Of a DNA stretch of 64,000 nucleotides, positions 33,700 through 47,300 are shown in pieces. How positions within the stretch are numbered: position 1 is the first letter of the stretch; each line of letters opens with the position of its first letter. The notes under the pieces were generated by a model that was not told the origin of the DNA, did not search any database, and worked only from the letters and a program-made list of their open reading frames with translations. The position numbers were made by a program, and so were the translations under genes. This DNA is from Tubulanus polymorphus (taxonomy: Eukaryota; Animalia; Nemertea): assembly GCF_964204645.1 (NCBI RefSeq), contig NC_134030.1, forward strand, positions 1,347,355 through 1,411,354, in the 5' to 3' direction.

Positions 33700-36220
33700 A
33701 ATCGCTGTTTTTGGGTAAGATCGCAGTTTTTAGGTAAGATCGCAGTTTTTAGGTTAGATCGCTGTTTTGAGGTTAGATCACCGTTTTTGGTTAGATTGCT
33801 GTTTTGTGTTAGATCACTTTTTGTGTTAGATCACAGTTTTTGTGTTAGATCGCTGTTTTTGGGTTAGATCGCTGTTTTGTGTTAGATCGCTGTTTTAGGT
33901 TACATTGCAGTATTTTGGTTAGACCGCAGTTTTTTGTTAGATCGCAGTTTTTAAGTTAGATCGCTGTTTTGGGTTAGATCACAGTTTTTGTGTTAGATCG
34001 CTGTTTTAGGTTAGATCGCAGTTTTTAAGTTAGATCGCTGTTTTGGGTTAGATCACAGTTTTTGTGTTAGATCGCAGTTTTAGGTTAGATCGCAGTTTTT
34101 AAGTTAGATCGCAGTTTTTGTGTTAGATCGCAGTTTTTAGGTTAGATCGCTGTTTTGAGGTTAGATCACTGTTTTTGGTTAGATTGCTGTTTTGTGTTAG
34201 ATCACTTTTTGTGTTAGATCACAGTTTTTGTGTTAGATCGCTGTTTTTGGGTTAGATCGCTGTTTTGTGTTAGATCGCTGTTTTAGGTTAGATCGCAGTT
34301 TTTAGGTTACATTGCAGTATTTTGGTTAGACCGCAGTTTTTTGTTAGATCGCAGTTTTTAAGTTAGATCGCTGTTTTGGGTTAGATCACAGTTTTTGTGT
34401 TAGATCGCTGTTTTAGGTTAGATCGCAGTTTTTAAGTTAGATCGCTGTTTTGGGTTAGATCACAGTTTTTGTGTTAGATCGCTGTTTTAGGTTAGATCGC
34501 AGTTTTTAAGTTAGATCGCAGTTTTTGTGTTAGATCGCTGTTTTAGGTTAGATCGCAGTTTTTAAGTTAGATCACTGTTTTGGGTTAGATCACAGTTTTT
34601 GTGTTAGATCGCTGTTTTTAGGTTAGATCGCAGTTTTTAGGTTACATTGCAGTATTTGGGTTAGACCGCAGTTTTTTGTTAGATCGCAGTTTTTAAGTTA
34701 GATCGCTGTTTTGGGTTAGATCACAGCTTTTGTGTTAGATCACAGTTTTTGGGTTAGACCACAGTTTTTTTGTTAGATCGCAGTTTTTAAGTTAGATCGC
34801 TGTTTTGGGTTAGATCACAGTTTTTGTGTTAGATCGCTGTTTTTAGGTTAGATCGCAGTTTTTAGGTTACATTGCAGTATTTAGGTTAGACCGCAGTTTT
34901 TTTGTTAGATCGCAGTTTTTAAGTTAGATCGCTGTTTTGGGTTAGATCACAGTTTTTGTGTTAGATCGCTGTTTTGGGTTAGATCACAGTTTTTGTGTTA
35001 GATAGCTTTTTTAGGTTAGATTGCTGTTTTTGGGTTAGATCGCTGTTTTAGGTTAGATCACAGTTTTTGGGTTAGATCGCTGTTTTGGGTTAGATCACAG
35101 TTTTTGTGTTAGATCGCTGTTTTTGTGTTAGATCGCTGTTTTGGGTTAGATCACAGTTTTTGGGTTAGATCGCTGTTTTTGGGTTTGATCGCTGTTTTGG
35201 GTTAGATCACAGTTTTTGGGTTAGATCGCTGTTTTTGGGTTAGATCGCTGTTTTGGGTTAGATCACAGTTTTTGGGTTAGATCGCTGTTTTTGGGTTAGA
35301 TCGCTGTTTTTGGGTTAAATTGCTGTTTTTGTGTTGGATCATTGTTTTTTGTGTTAGATCATTTTTTTTCGGTTAGATCGCTGTTTTTGGGTTAGATCGC
35401 TGTTTTTGGGTTAAATTGCTGTTTTTGTGTTGGATCATTGTTTTTTGTGTTAGATCATTGTTTTTGGGTTAGATCGATGTTTTTGTGTTAGATCGCATTT
35501 TTGTGTTAGATCACTGGTTTTTTGTTAGATTGCAGTTTTTAGGTTAGATCGCTGTTTTTGAGTTAGATCGCTGTTTTGTGTTAGATCGCCGTTTTGTGTT
35601 AGATCGCCGTTTTTAGGTTAGATTGCTGTTTTTAGGTTAGATCGCTGTTTTTAGGTTAGATCGCTGTTTTTAGGTTATATCGCAGTTTTTGTGTTAGATC
35701 ACTGTTATTGTGTTAGATAGCAGTTTTTAGGTTAGATCGCTGTTTTTGAGTTAAATCGCCTTTTTGGGTTAGATCACAGTTTTTGTGTTAGATCACAGCT
35801 TTTAGGTTAGATTGCTGTTTTTAGGTTAGATCCCTTTTTTTTCTTAGATCGCAGTATTTAGGTTAGATCGCTTTTTTTGGATTAGATCGCTGTTTTTGGG
35901 TTAGATCGCAGTTATTGTGTTAGATCGCAGTTTTTTGTTAGATCGCTGTTTTTGGGTTAGACCGCAGTGTTTAGGTTAGATTGCAGTTTTTGGGTTAGAA
36001 CACTGTTTTTCTGTTAGATCGCATTTTTTGTTAGATCGCTGTTTTAGGTTGGATCGCTGTTTTAGGTTAGATCGAAGTTTTTTGTTAGGTCGCTGTTTTT
36101 GGGTTAGAAAGCTGTTTTTGTGTTAGATTGGTGTTTTTAGGTTAGATCGCTATTTTTGTGTAAGATCGCTGTTTTTGGGTTAGATCGCTGTTTTTGGGTT
36201 AGATCGCTGTCTTTGTGTTT
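33700..36220. repeat. 18-19 bp minisatellite, ~2.5 kb, with higher-order duplications
   Basis: GTTAGATCGCTGTTTT units; its 3' part aligns to 1-856. Confidence 0.97.
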
Positions 36221-36269
36221 TTGTCAATCATCATATCAAGATTTGCAATCCCAGTTGCCTTCAAGTTTC

Positions 36270-36988
36270 ATATAGAGAATTAGTGGATGTGGTGTCCCTG
36301 GACCCCTACATGCATCATATAGAGAATTAGTGGATGTGGTGTCCCTGGACCCCTACATGCACCATATAGAGAATTAGTGGATGTGGTGTCCCTGGACCCC
36401 TACATGCACCATATAGAGAATTAGTGGATGTGGTGTCCCTGGACCCCTACATGCAACATATAGAGAATTAGTGGATGTGGTGTCCCTGGACCCCTACATG
36501 CACCATATAGAGAATTAGTGGATGTGGTGTCCCTGGACCCCTACATGCACCATATAGAGAATTAGTGGATGTGGTGTCCCTGGACCCCTACATGCACCAT
36601 ATAGAGAATTAGTGGATGTGGTGTCCCTGGACCCCTACATGCACCATATAGAGAATTAGTGGATGTGGTGTCCCTGGACCCCTACATGTACCATATAGAG
36701 AATTAGTGGATGTGGTGTCCCTGGACCCCTACATGCACCATATAGAGAATTAGTGGATGTGGTGTCCCTGGACCCCTACATGCACCATATAGAGAATTAG
36801 TGGATGTGGTGTCCCTGGACCCCTACATGCATCATATAGAGAATTAGTGGATGTGGTGTCCCTGGACCCCTACATGTACCATATAGAGAATTAGTGGATG
36901 TGGTGTCCCTGGACCCCTACATGCACCATATAGAGAATTAGTGGATGTGGTGTCCCTGGACCCCTACATGCACCATATAGAGAATTAG
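36270..36988 (+). repeat. 47-bp minisatellite, ~15 units
   Basis: Same unit as 907-2140. Confidence 0.97.
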
Positions 36989-37060
36989 TTCACTGAACCA
37001 GAATAAGACTGACTGATATATTTTCAAATGATTTAATATTTTTACTTGTTTTTCTAGAAG

Positions 37061-38301
37061 ATGCCAAAAGCTGTAAAAAAAACCCGGGCGTGGGGCCCTC
37101 AACATCTAGCCCCTATAATAAAGTAAGTACAAATTTACTGCTTCCATGCTTATTTATTCATCCCATACTTAGTATTTTGTACCCCTGGGTCCAGTTTCAC
37201 AAAAAGGATAAACGCCTTAATCGATTTAAGATAAACTGAATTAATGAAGAAATTAAATCGATTTAAGAGTTAAACCTGTTTGTGAAACTAGGCCCTGAAT
37301 TGCATCTAGAATGAAAAAAAAGAAAAAAAAATATTGAAAATAACGTTGGTGAAATATTTCTGGATCTTTCTGGATTTCTGCTCAATGCATCGTTTAGTAA
37401 AATATCGATATTCTCTAAAAGTAAAGATATAAGAATAAAAATATTGTATTGAATCGTGATTAGTTACTGTATGCGCTGCTAGTTGTTGCCCAACCCATAG
37501 CCTCATTTCTCTCCATTCTAAATTTGCATTGTTTAACATTGTCTGGTCGCTATGGAAACTATTTATTTAAGTTTCTTTGTGGTATCCATGGCAACAGTAA
37601 CGTTTAGGTAGTGGCACCAATTATGGGTCCCAACGTTCCCATGGCGATACATGAGAACATTTATCCTATTTTTGACCTTCATGACGTAAGATGGTAGTGA
37701 GTCGATGACGTCATTTTCGTCTCACCACTAATGAAAAAAAAAATGAAATGAAAAAAAAGGAAAAAATCGTTAGAATTACGTTTATGAAATTTTTCTGGAT
37801 CGGCTAAATGTATTGTTCCATTAAATATCGACATTCTCTAAAATTATAGGCATCAATATCAAAATGATGATACAGCAGACTCCGCTTAACTCTGTTCTAT
37901 TTGGACCATTAATTAACCGAATACCAACTTTTTAAAATTTTAGGATTTTTACTTTAAGGATCAGAAAATGTGTATGCAATTTCAACCGGGTACCGAGTAG
38001 GGTGGCCGAGTCTACTGTAGTCTGCTGCCCCCTCGAATCCATTACCTTATTATCTCTCAATTTGCATTGTTTGACCTCGTCTGGTTGCTATGGAAACTAT
38101 TTAGTTATATCAGGATCAACGGTTTTTTCGAGGTAACCAGTGGCAACAGTTAACAGACGTGTCCATCCTAGAGATAAACTGTCTGATTTCACAGCCACAT
38201 CCGTCCTGGAGATAAACTGTTAGATAAACTCTGATTTCGCGTCCGTCCTATTTCTTGTCATTGTATGAATATGTTTTCTCTTTTATAGGGTACAGCACAG
38301 C

Positions 38302-38335
<34 letters not shown>

Positions 38336-41300
38336 GCAACAACAACAACAAAAATTTGATATTTCTATGTCCGGAATAGACGTAAGTTATCGTAAACGCC
38401 TGTTTGAAGTCATCATTCTTGAGCTTGAAACCGAAATTTATATTATAGAATATTAAACCCTGCTTCTGCTACTGACAGGTAATGTCCGTCATACATTACT
38501 GCATCGTCAAATCTATACCAGGGTGCACCCAGGCAGATCGTTCGCATCATCACATGCAAAGGGCTGATTATTTTGGAACCCAGTTTTTATCAGCTGGAAC
38601 ATTCTGCACATTCGACCATATTGATTGATAGCCCGTTATAGACGAGTGGAGAAAAACTGAAAAACCAGTTCGGAAAAACTTCGATTGATTTCACTCACAT
38701 TTACAGAAATTTGGTCCGACCCCAAAACCATTTACTTACACTATACAAATCAGATCAGGTTTTTAACATTGTCCTTGATTGTATTTTCAGTTTTTGCCGT
38801 CAACGCCGCCGAGCGGTTCTTCTACGCCGGTAAGTGATAACTATTTTCTAATAAATCACGCTTATTTCAATCTGTAATTTGAAAATAGAGGGTAGTAGCT
38901 GTTATGTATAAATTATGCTAATTAGGAATAAATTCAAATTCGATTAAGTCTCATCATCGTAGAAGTCATATATTAATGATGCTAAAGTTGTCATTTAAAT
39001 TAAGTGTTATATTTACTACTTCATTTGCTTCATGACCCAAAAACCTCTACTATATAACTACTGGTTTTGTTCTAATCTTGGAGAATTTGCTGCAAAATTT
39101 ACTTATCATTTGTTAAACAGTTTTTATTGAAAATCTGAATCAGTGATACATGCATTCATGAATATCCATCTAATATTTTGTTTTATTTTATCTTTACAGG
39201 ATTTATCACCGATACAGCACGTGGACGTAAGAGATTAAACATTGATCTTGAATTTTAAGTTCAAACTAATTTATTTTTTATCTCACTCGGGACTATAGTT
39301 ATTGCGTTCACTTTGCGTCCAGTTGTCTCGGCTAGTTTTTGATTTATCGTGTTGATAATTGGTTTATATACTCAAACTCAAAATATCGGCGCAATTGGAA
39401 TTAAGATGGCGCACTTGTATGTCCATTTTTTTCCCCGGCAAAATTAGCACTTTAGCAGATTTTAAGGATCAATTCTGTTGTTATATTACATTGAAATCAG
39501 AGTTTAATATATATCGGTATAGAGCAGGTTTTTGCTCTAGTTATAAATAAAGTTATAAATAATCTCATGACATGTTCTGTATATGTGTAGTGAGTTTCAA
39601 TGTCTTTGGTTCCTTTTAAACCAGGGGGAGTTGAATTTGAAAATGTCAGATCGTCGAGCATTTCAGACCGCTTCCAAAGTGGGTCCCTGCACCCCTAGTT
39701 ATACCGTTAATATTTTAATAATATATTGATATACCATACATTGATATCGGTCTTGTAATTGGATCAACAACCATGAGATCAAAACACAGCAAATATGAAC
39801 CTGCTGTGAATCTATAGATTTGTGATAAATGTAATGAAATTGTTATTTTTCATATTGACTTTTTGAGTTAAGGGTCTGTTGTATAAGAGTCTTTGGTCTC
39901 GCGTGTCAATGTATGATATCAATCTGTTGTATTTCCTCGTTCCAATGTTTAAAAGGTGTTCGTCACCTTATATTAATAAACTACTTTTACCGTTAGATGG
40001 CGCCATAAGTGTGATATTTGATTTATGGGATACCCGCAAAACCAGCTATTCCACCAGATGGCGCAACGAGTAGTAGGTCGTTCGTTGTCAAAATTAGTTC
40101 ATTTTCGATGAACTTTGAACTGGTTTGAAGAAGAAATACTTTCATTCTTCTACTCTGATATCGATTTAGTTTTCATTAATAATTGATTCATTTAAGAGAA
40201 CAATTCATTCAGATTTAATTGAAATGTACAAGAAAATCGAACGCAGACGACCAACTATTTACTAGCGACACCTGGTGGATCCTCGCCTGCCATAAGTGGA
40301 ATCCTCGATTGCCACAGTAAGACTGCGGGTATCCCATTGTTTGGCGTGTGAATTAAAGTAAAGTTAGAAAACGGATGTTTAACTTTGTTGTGAAACGAAA
40401 GCGTTTTGGAGATTTTTAAACCAATCAAATCAATATTTTGATATTACGCTTGAAACCCTTCCCACTCATATTCTACTTACTAAGTATATATTCTTGTTTC
40501 CGTGGAAATCATGGTGAGTGGCGCCATCTATACAGTGGAGTTAGCTTTATAAATCGAGCATGATTCGACAAGTGGCTCCATCTATTCCCTAATACTGAAG
40601 CGAGGTAACCAGCAGCGCCCTCATATACAGGAAATGAACGCCTATCAAGTTTAACAATGCACGGTGTATTGACCACAGCGACCGGTGATAATTATATCAA
40701 TGTTGATTAGCTATTGCCATAGACAGGTCCGTAGCGTTTGACTGGACCAGAACGGGGCCCCCTAACCAAAACAAATTTTGAAAACGTGCCCAGATAAATT
40801 GCCTCTGGGAGATTGATTTAACGAGGTTTTGATTAAATGAACAAATTTTAATATTTGTAAGTTTAGCATTTCTGTTTTTAATTTTTCTTTGCGAGGAACT
40901 GAATTTTCAACCCCCCCGAACCGCCTCAAGCTACGTTCCTGATATAGTGCTAGCTATACCTGAATACTTTTCTCTTATTGAAATTTTCTAAAAAACCAGC
41001 ACCTTGAACTAATGAACGTCATAATGAAAATGTTTAAAAATTCAACCGTTAATGAATTTGACTAATGTATTTTTTTTATTTTCATTTCTAGCGTCAGTTT
41101 GCCTCACAGCGAAGGTCGCCGTCGCTTAATGTAAGTATCAGTGACGCCCTCAATCTCACATGCCTCACTTCCCTCCTAATGTAACCATTTTTATGAAATT
41201 CCTCAAGAAAATATATACTAGTAATCTTAGAATACACGTTTTTGTACCCAGACCCCTTCATTCTACTGAACTACCGTGTAATAAGTGCCTGTTGTGTTCA

Positions 41301-41348
41301 TTTTCTGTTGCATTGATTTATATATTATTTCTATTTACAGTTGTCAAA

Positions 41349-41383
<35 letters not shown>

Positions 41384-44300
41384 CACCCCTCCCGCCGGAG
41401 ACGCCTCCCGACTTGCAAGCAAGAAGTAAGTTCAGTCTTCAAATACAATTTCAATGCATTCAATTTTGTGTATGGCATTAAAACGGTTAAAGTTGTGACT
41501 AGTTTTCATAACTCCGTGACGTCATATTTCCATCGAGTACCGGACCCTTTCCTATGTTTTTTGCCAATTTGGATTGAATGATCGCCAGCGGTTTTTCTAT
41601 ACGACCCGGCTCTGCTGTATTGCATTTAGCCATCCTTTTTCTTGGCGTTTTTTATAAGGTGTTTGATTTTGTCTCTAAGGGATTTAGGAATTTAAGAGAC
41701 ACTTGTACTCTCTATACAGTGAGTTTGTTCTGTTTTTGTTCCCTCGTGAATTTTATTTTTGTTTGGTATAATTTGATTTATCATAATCAAATCAAATCAG
41801 TGCATATTTCTTGAATTGCGTGTAAGTTATAATGTTATCAAATATCTGTTATATTTAAACCGAATATTTAATTGTTGTATTTTGAATGCGATAATGCCGC
41901 TCCCTGCTAAAGTCGAGCGTCGTCATCGTGAGGGATGCGGTCATCTGTTCGGGCCCTGATTACGTTCTGTGTTCATCCTGTTGGGCTACATCGGGCGTTA
42001 TATGAGTTAATCCTTCCTCGACTTGCGGATTGTGGTCGGAAGATCTATGGGTTCGGGCCGATAAGTCCCGGAAACAGAAAGTACAGTTTCTGCCTATGTG
42101 CCCATTGATGTCTCTATTTCAGAACATCACAGCGGTCGCCGGCTGTACAAGCACGGTCGGCTTCCCAACTCCTTTCTCTGAGGAGGATCGCTGGTTCTCT
42201 AGTAACGGTCAGTCACCAGTCAATCAACAGTTCAGCTGGTTCAGTTTCCCAGGTATCGGCGCGCGACAGTCGGGATACCTGCACAGGAACTCAGGTCCGG
42301 TCCGGGCTACTCCGAGCACCAGTCCGGTCCAGGCCTCACTGGGTAATGAACATCTGGTCCGGTCCGGGCGGCTTCGAGCACCGGTCCGGTCCAGGCATCA
42401 CCAGATACTGAACATCCTGTCCAGTCAGCTCCGTGCACCGGTCCGGTCCAGGCATCACCGGGTACTGAACATCTGGTCCGGTAGCTTCGAGAACTGGTCC
42501 GGTCCAGGCATCACCGGGTACTGAACATCTGGTCCGGTAGCTTCGAGAACTGGTCCGGTCCAGGCATCACCGGGTACTGAACATCTGGTCAGGTAGCTTC
42601 GAGAACTGGTCCGGTCCAGGCATCACCGGGTACTGAACATCTGGTCCGGTAGCTTCGAGAACTGGTCCGGTCCAGGCATCACCGGGTACTGAACATCTGG
42701 TCCGGTAGCTTCGAGAACTGGTCCGGTCCAGGCATCACTGAGTACTGAACATCCAGTCTGGTCCGGTCCAGGCATCACCGGGTACTGATCATCCAGTCCG
42801 GTCCGGTCCAGGCATCACTGGGACTGAACATCCAGTCTGGTCCGGTCCAGGCATCACCGGGTACTGAACATCCAGTCTGGTCCGGTCCAGGCATCACCAG
42901 TTACTGAACATCCAGTCCGGTCCGGTCCAGGCATCACTGGGTACTGAACATCCAGTCCGGTCCGGTCCAGGCATCACCGGGTTCTGATCATCCAGTCCGG
43001 TCCGGTCCAGGCATCACCGGGTACTGAACATCCAGTCCGGTCCGGTCCAGGCATCACTGGGTACTGAACATCCAGTCCGGTCCGGTCCAGGCATCACTGG
43101 GTACTGAACATCCAGTCTGGTCCGGTCCAGGCATCACCGGGTACTGAACATCCAGTCTGGTCCGGTCCAGGCATCACTGGGTACTGAACATCCGGTCCGG
43201 TCCGGTCCAGGCATCACCGGGTACTGAACATCCACTCTGGTCCGGTCCAGGCATCACCGGGTACTGAACAGGGTTCGTCGCGGTGCTTGAAAAGCTTGAA
43301 ATGGCTTGAATTTGAAAAATACTACTCAAGCGCTTGAAAACAGCTTGAAAATAGATCGAAAGCTTGAAATAATTATTTTTGACTTGAAATAAAAAGTTAT
43401 GGCTTGAAATGCTTGATTATCACAAATTTTCTTCTTCGCGAATTTTTTTCGATGAAATCGCAGACAGAATAATATGTTCTTGAGTTGTTTCTACGCGTGC
43501 GTCATGTTTTAGGCATCAATAAAGAAATTAATTGAATTGTATTGAATCGCTATGAGACTCTTGTGGTGAAACTCTACGGTGTCTGGAGACATGAACATAC
43601 GGGGAAATTTCAGTCATGCATGTTATCGAGCATTGATGTAAAATGGCATTGAAATCCCACACCAGGAGTGAGAGCCATGTTGAAGGCACCGCGACCTAGT
43701 CAAAGTCATTGAACATTACAAATTTCGTATTAGGCCATCCAAAAATCAAGGTCTGTTTGCCGTCATCCGACCGACCCGACTTCAAAGGTACCCAGTGGAA
43801 ACTTTTTTCTTGGATTCATTGAAATAAATTGTATTTTTGATACAAATGGCCGACCCACTGCCGATGTATGAGCTATGTATGTTTGAAGTTAAGTGTGCAT
43901 CATGTGAAAACATGCCTCGACTATTTACTTGAAGTTTTCCAGGAAACTGGCAGTGTTCCAATAAGCTGCCATTCATTCTAAAGCTGGTAATGTTATAGCG
44001 TGCATATATTCAATCTACTGTTTCATTTTGAACGCAGATTTCGGATGTTGTTTCCGCTAAAAGTGGTGATGATAAATTTGTTGTTTTTTTTGCCCCAAAA
44101 TTTTGCAAAAAAAAAATGATGCTACCTTCCTACTGACTTATCCCAAAAATAGTAGGTGTGACGGCAAAACAGACAATTAATTTGGGATGGCCAAATATCC
44201 AAATCTTGATTGATATGAATATTTAAGCTAGGAAATGCTGAAAATCATTGTGATGAACAGGTTTCATCTCTAACAGAATCGTATCAACTCGGAGGTTCCA

Positions 44301-47300
44301 CTGGAATCAAAATTTTACCTCTTTTTTAACATTTTTATACGAACCTGTTCAAAATAGGCAAATTGGCTGCGACTAACGAAAATTGCTTCCAACGTGCCTT
44401 AAAAAATAGCTTGAAAATGGTATAAATCTAGCTTGAAATGGCTTGAATTTCACCTGAGCTTGAGACAATGAACCCTGCTGAACATCTGGTCCGGTCAGCT
44501 TCCAGCACCGGTCCGGTCCAGGCATCACCGGTTACTGAACATCCGGTCCGGTCAGCTTCCAGCACCGGTCCAGGCATCACCAGGTACTGAACATCTGGTC
44601 TGGTCCGGGCGGCCTGGCATCAATGTTTCGAATTTAAAACATAGTTATCATGGTTCTAGGTTTGGTAGAGGGCGCTCTTCTACCAGATGCAGGAGCGAGG
44701 TCACCTTCACGGAGATCGAGATCGAGGGATTATGATTGATTCTGTAGGAACCATCATCATTCATCAGTTTAGGTCGAGGGACCGTTTAGGAAGTTCACGT
44801 CTTTCACGTCGAGGGACCGTTTAGGAAGTTCACATCTTTCACGTCGAGGGACCGTTTAGGAAGTTCACGTCTTTCACGTCGAGGGACCGTTTAGGAAGTT
44901 CACGTCTTTCACGTCGAGGGACCGTTTAGGAAGTTCACGTCTTTCACGTCGAGGGACCGTTTAGGAAGTTCACGTCTTTCACGTCGAGGGACCGTTTAGG
45001 AAGTTCAAGTCTTTCACGTCGAGGGACCGTTAAGGAAGTCGTCACAATAATCAGGATTTCCGCGATTTCGAAAGTCAGATTTTAAACTTGTTATTGTCAT
45101 TGTAAGCTACCGCAGTTACAGGTAAGCCTATTCTTGATTGCCCGAGACAGGCGTGCAGATATTGTTCCCGACTTAAGTTTTTGGTTGATTTTCTTGTGAC
45201 TTGTTTGTTTTAGGGGTGAGATGGATGAGCCTTATTGTTTTTTGACATATATAGGTCATCCAAGATGGCCGCCACAGCCATTTCAATGTGTGAAATAGCC
45301 ATTTTGAAGCTTGTGACAACTCTACAATCTACAGTTTCAGACCAATTTACCAATTACTTATTCTGTGGTTTCATAATGGTAAGAGGATGAGCCTTATTGT
45401 TTTTGACATATATAAGTCATCCAAGATGGCCGCCACAGCCATTTCAATGTGTGAAATAGCCATTTTGAAGCTTGTTACCGCTCTACGGACTTAAGTTTTA
45501 AGCTTAAGACTTAAGATGGCCACCACAGTTATATCAATGTCTTAAATCTTATCCGATTTGGAGCTTGTTACTGCTCTAAGATGTAGAGGTTTAGAGGTTT
45601 ATAATTTCATTCATACTTGTACTGTGGTTTATTTATGGTGGTCAGAGGATGAGACCTATTACAATTTGCATTCTCTACTTGACTCACTGGTCAAGGGTTA
45701 ATATCTAGTTTGATAAATGTGGAGCATGTCGGTGAATCATCCCCCCCCCTCCCCCGGACTCTGATCTCAATGTCTGATGTCAATCGTCAGCAGTTTCAAT
45801 GGAATAGGCTCGATTAGGTGTGGAACAAGTGGAATCCTCGATTGCCACAGTCGAACCTAGAGTATTAAGAGCTCAATTAGGTTCTTCTTTGCGTCTCTTT
45901 TCCAGTTGGAGTGCTCCAGTTTCCACCGAATGGAGGAAGATTCGAGATGTGCAGATTCAAGTCCACCATGCGGACTCCGGCTCCGGCTCCGGCAGCTCAA
46001 GGTTCAGCCCGAACTCACACAATGCCATCTCAAGCATCCGTACTTTCTCAAGCGGCTACTAATGCTGTTTGGAGAACAAGTGCACAGCTCCAACATTCTC
46101 GTGCCCCTTCTGGTCAGAATAATTCTAGTTCATATCGGGGAATGCTCCTAAAAGGAGCTCTTCCTCTTGGAGAAACTCAAAATGAATGCTCGGGGCCAGT
46201 GAGAGGTTGTCTATAACGAGCAGCCACCTACTGATCCGGCGTTCCCGGGTCGTATCACGGCGGCTACTGTCTTCAATTCTGAACACCTCCCGACATGCGC
46301 CCGAAAGCAGGTCACGAGACACTAATCTCGTTAGCTCTCAAAGATCTGGCCAAAAAGAGAGCAATAGAACCAGTACGGGACGAAGCCACATCCGGCTGGT
46401 TTTCATGAATATTTATGCTCCTGAAGACCACAGGGCGTCGATGGACTGTCATTCCTCGAGTGGCACCTGGATATCCCGAGGCTTCCGATGACTAAAACAG
46501 GGAGGTAATTCAAGGTCTCCGTCGAGGTTAATGGGCGGCTTCATTGGACCTGAAAGATGTCAGGTTCCTATTCACCCGAAATCTCATCAATTTCACAGAA
46601 TGAAGTGGAAACGCTGCCAGTTCCAGTTCAGGTCTCTTCCAGTCGGCCTCAGTACAGCCCACGCCCTGGGTATTTACCAGCTTGGGTCAAGTCCAGAAGG
46701 TACACTACACTCCAGGGCTGGGTTTCATAGATATGGAAGAAAAATAATTCCAGGGAACATTTTGAAATTTGTCAGTTATAACCATGGTTTCTCATTGTTA
46801 GTATGGTGGTTGAGGATTTATCCCTTTGGATAACTTTGATACTCAGTCTATGAAACCGGGTCCTGGAGTATTTGTCTGTTGGTTTACCTCGACGACTGGT
46901 TACTAGTACCAAACTAGACTATAGAATGTCAGGAGGCGGTGACCGCTGTCGACCGCTGTCGTAGACTTAGTTCACCAGTTCCGCGTAAACTAAGTAAAAT
47001 CTCACTTGATGCCGTCCCAACAGTTCACATCTCCGGATCAGCACGGTCTTTCCGTCCATGGCTCGAGTAGCCAAACTTCAAGAAGCGTAGTTACCACAAA
47101 CGAGAGGACAGCTAGTTATCGGTGACGCCTGTGGCTAAATGCAATACCGCACTGCCAGGGGTCGTATCTCTGGCTATCTACACATTCAGAGAATATTAAC
47201 TAAAACCATAGGAAAGGGTCAAGCACTACTCCGAAAAAAACTAATTTTATTTCCAAAAAATTATGATATTATATGGATTGCATGCTGTGTGGAAGAAGTT

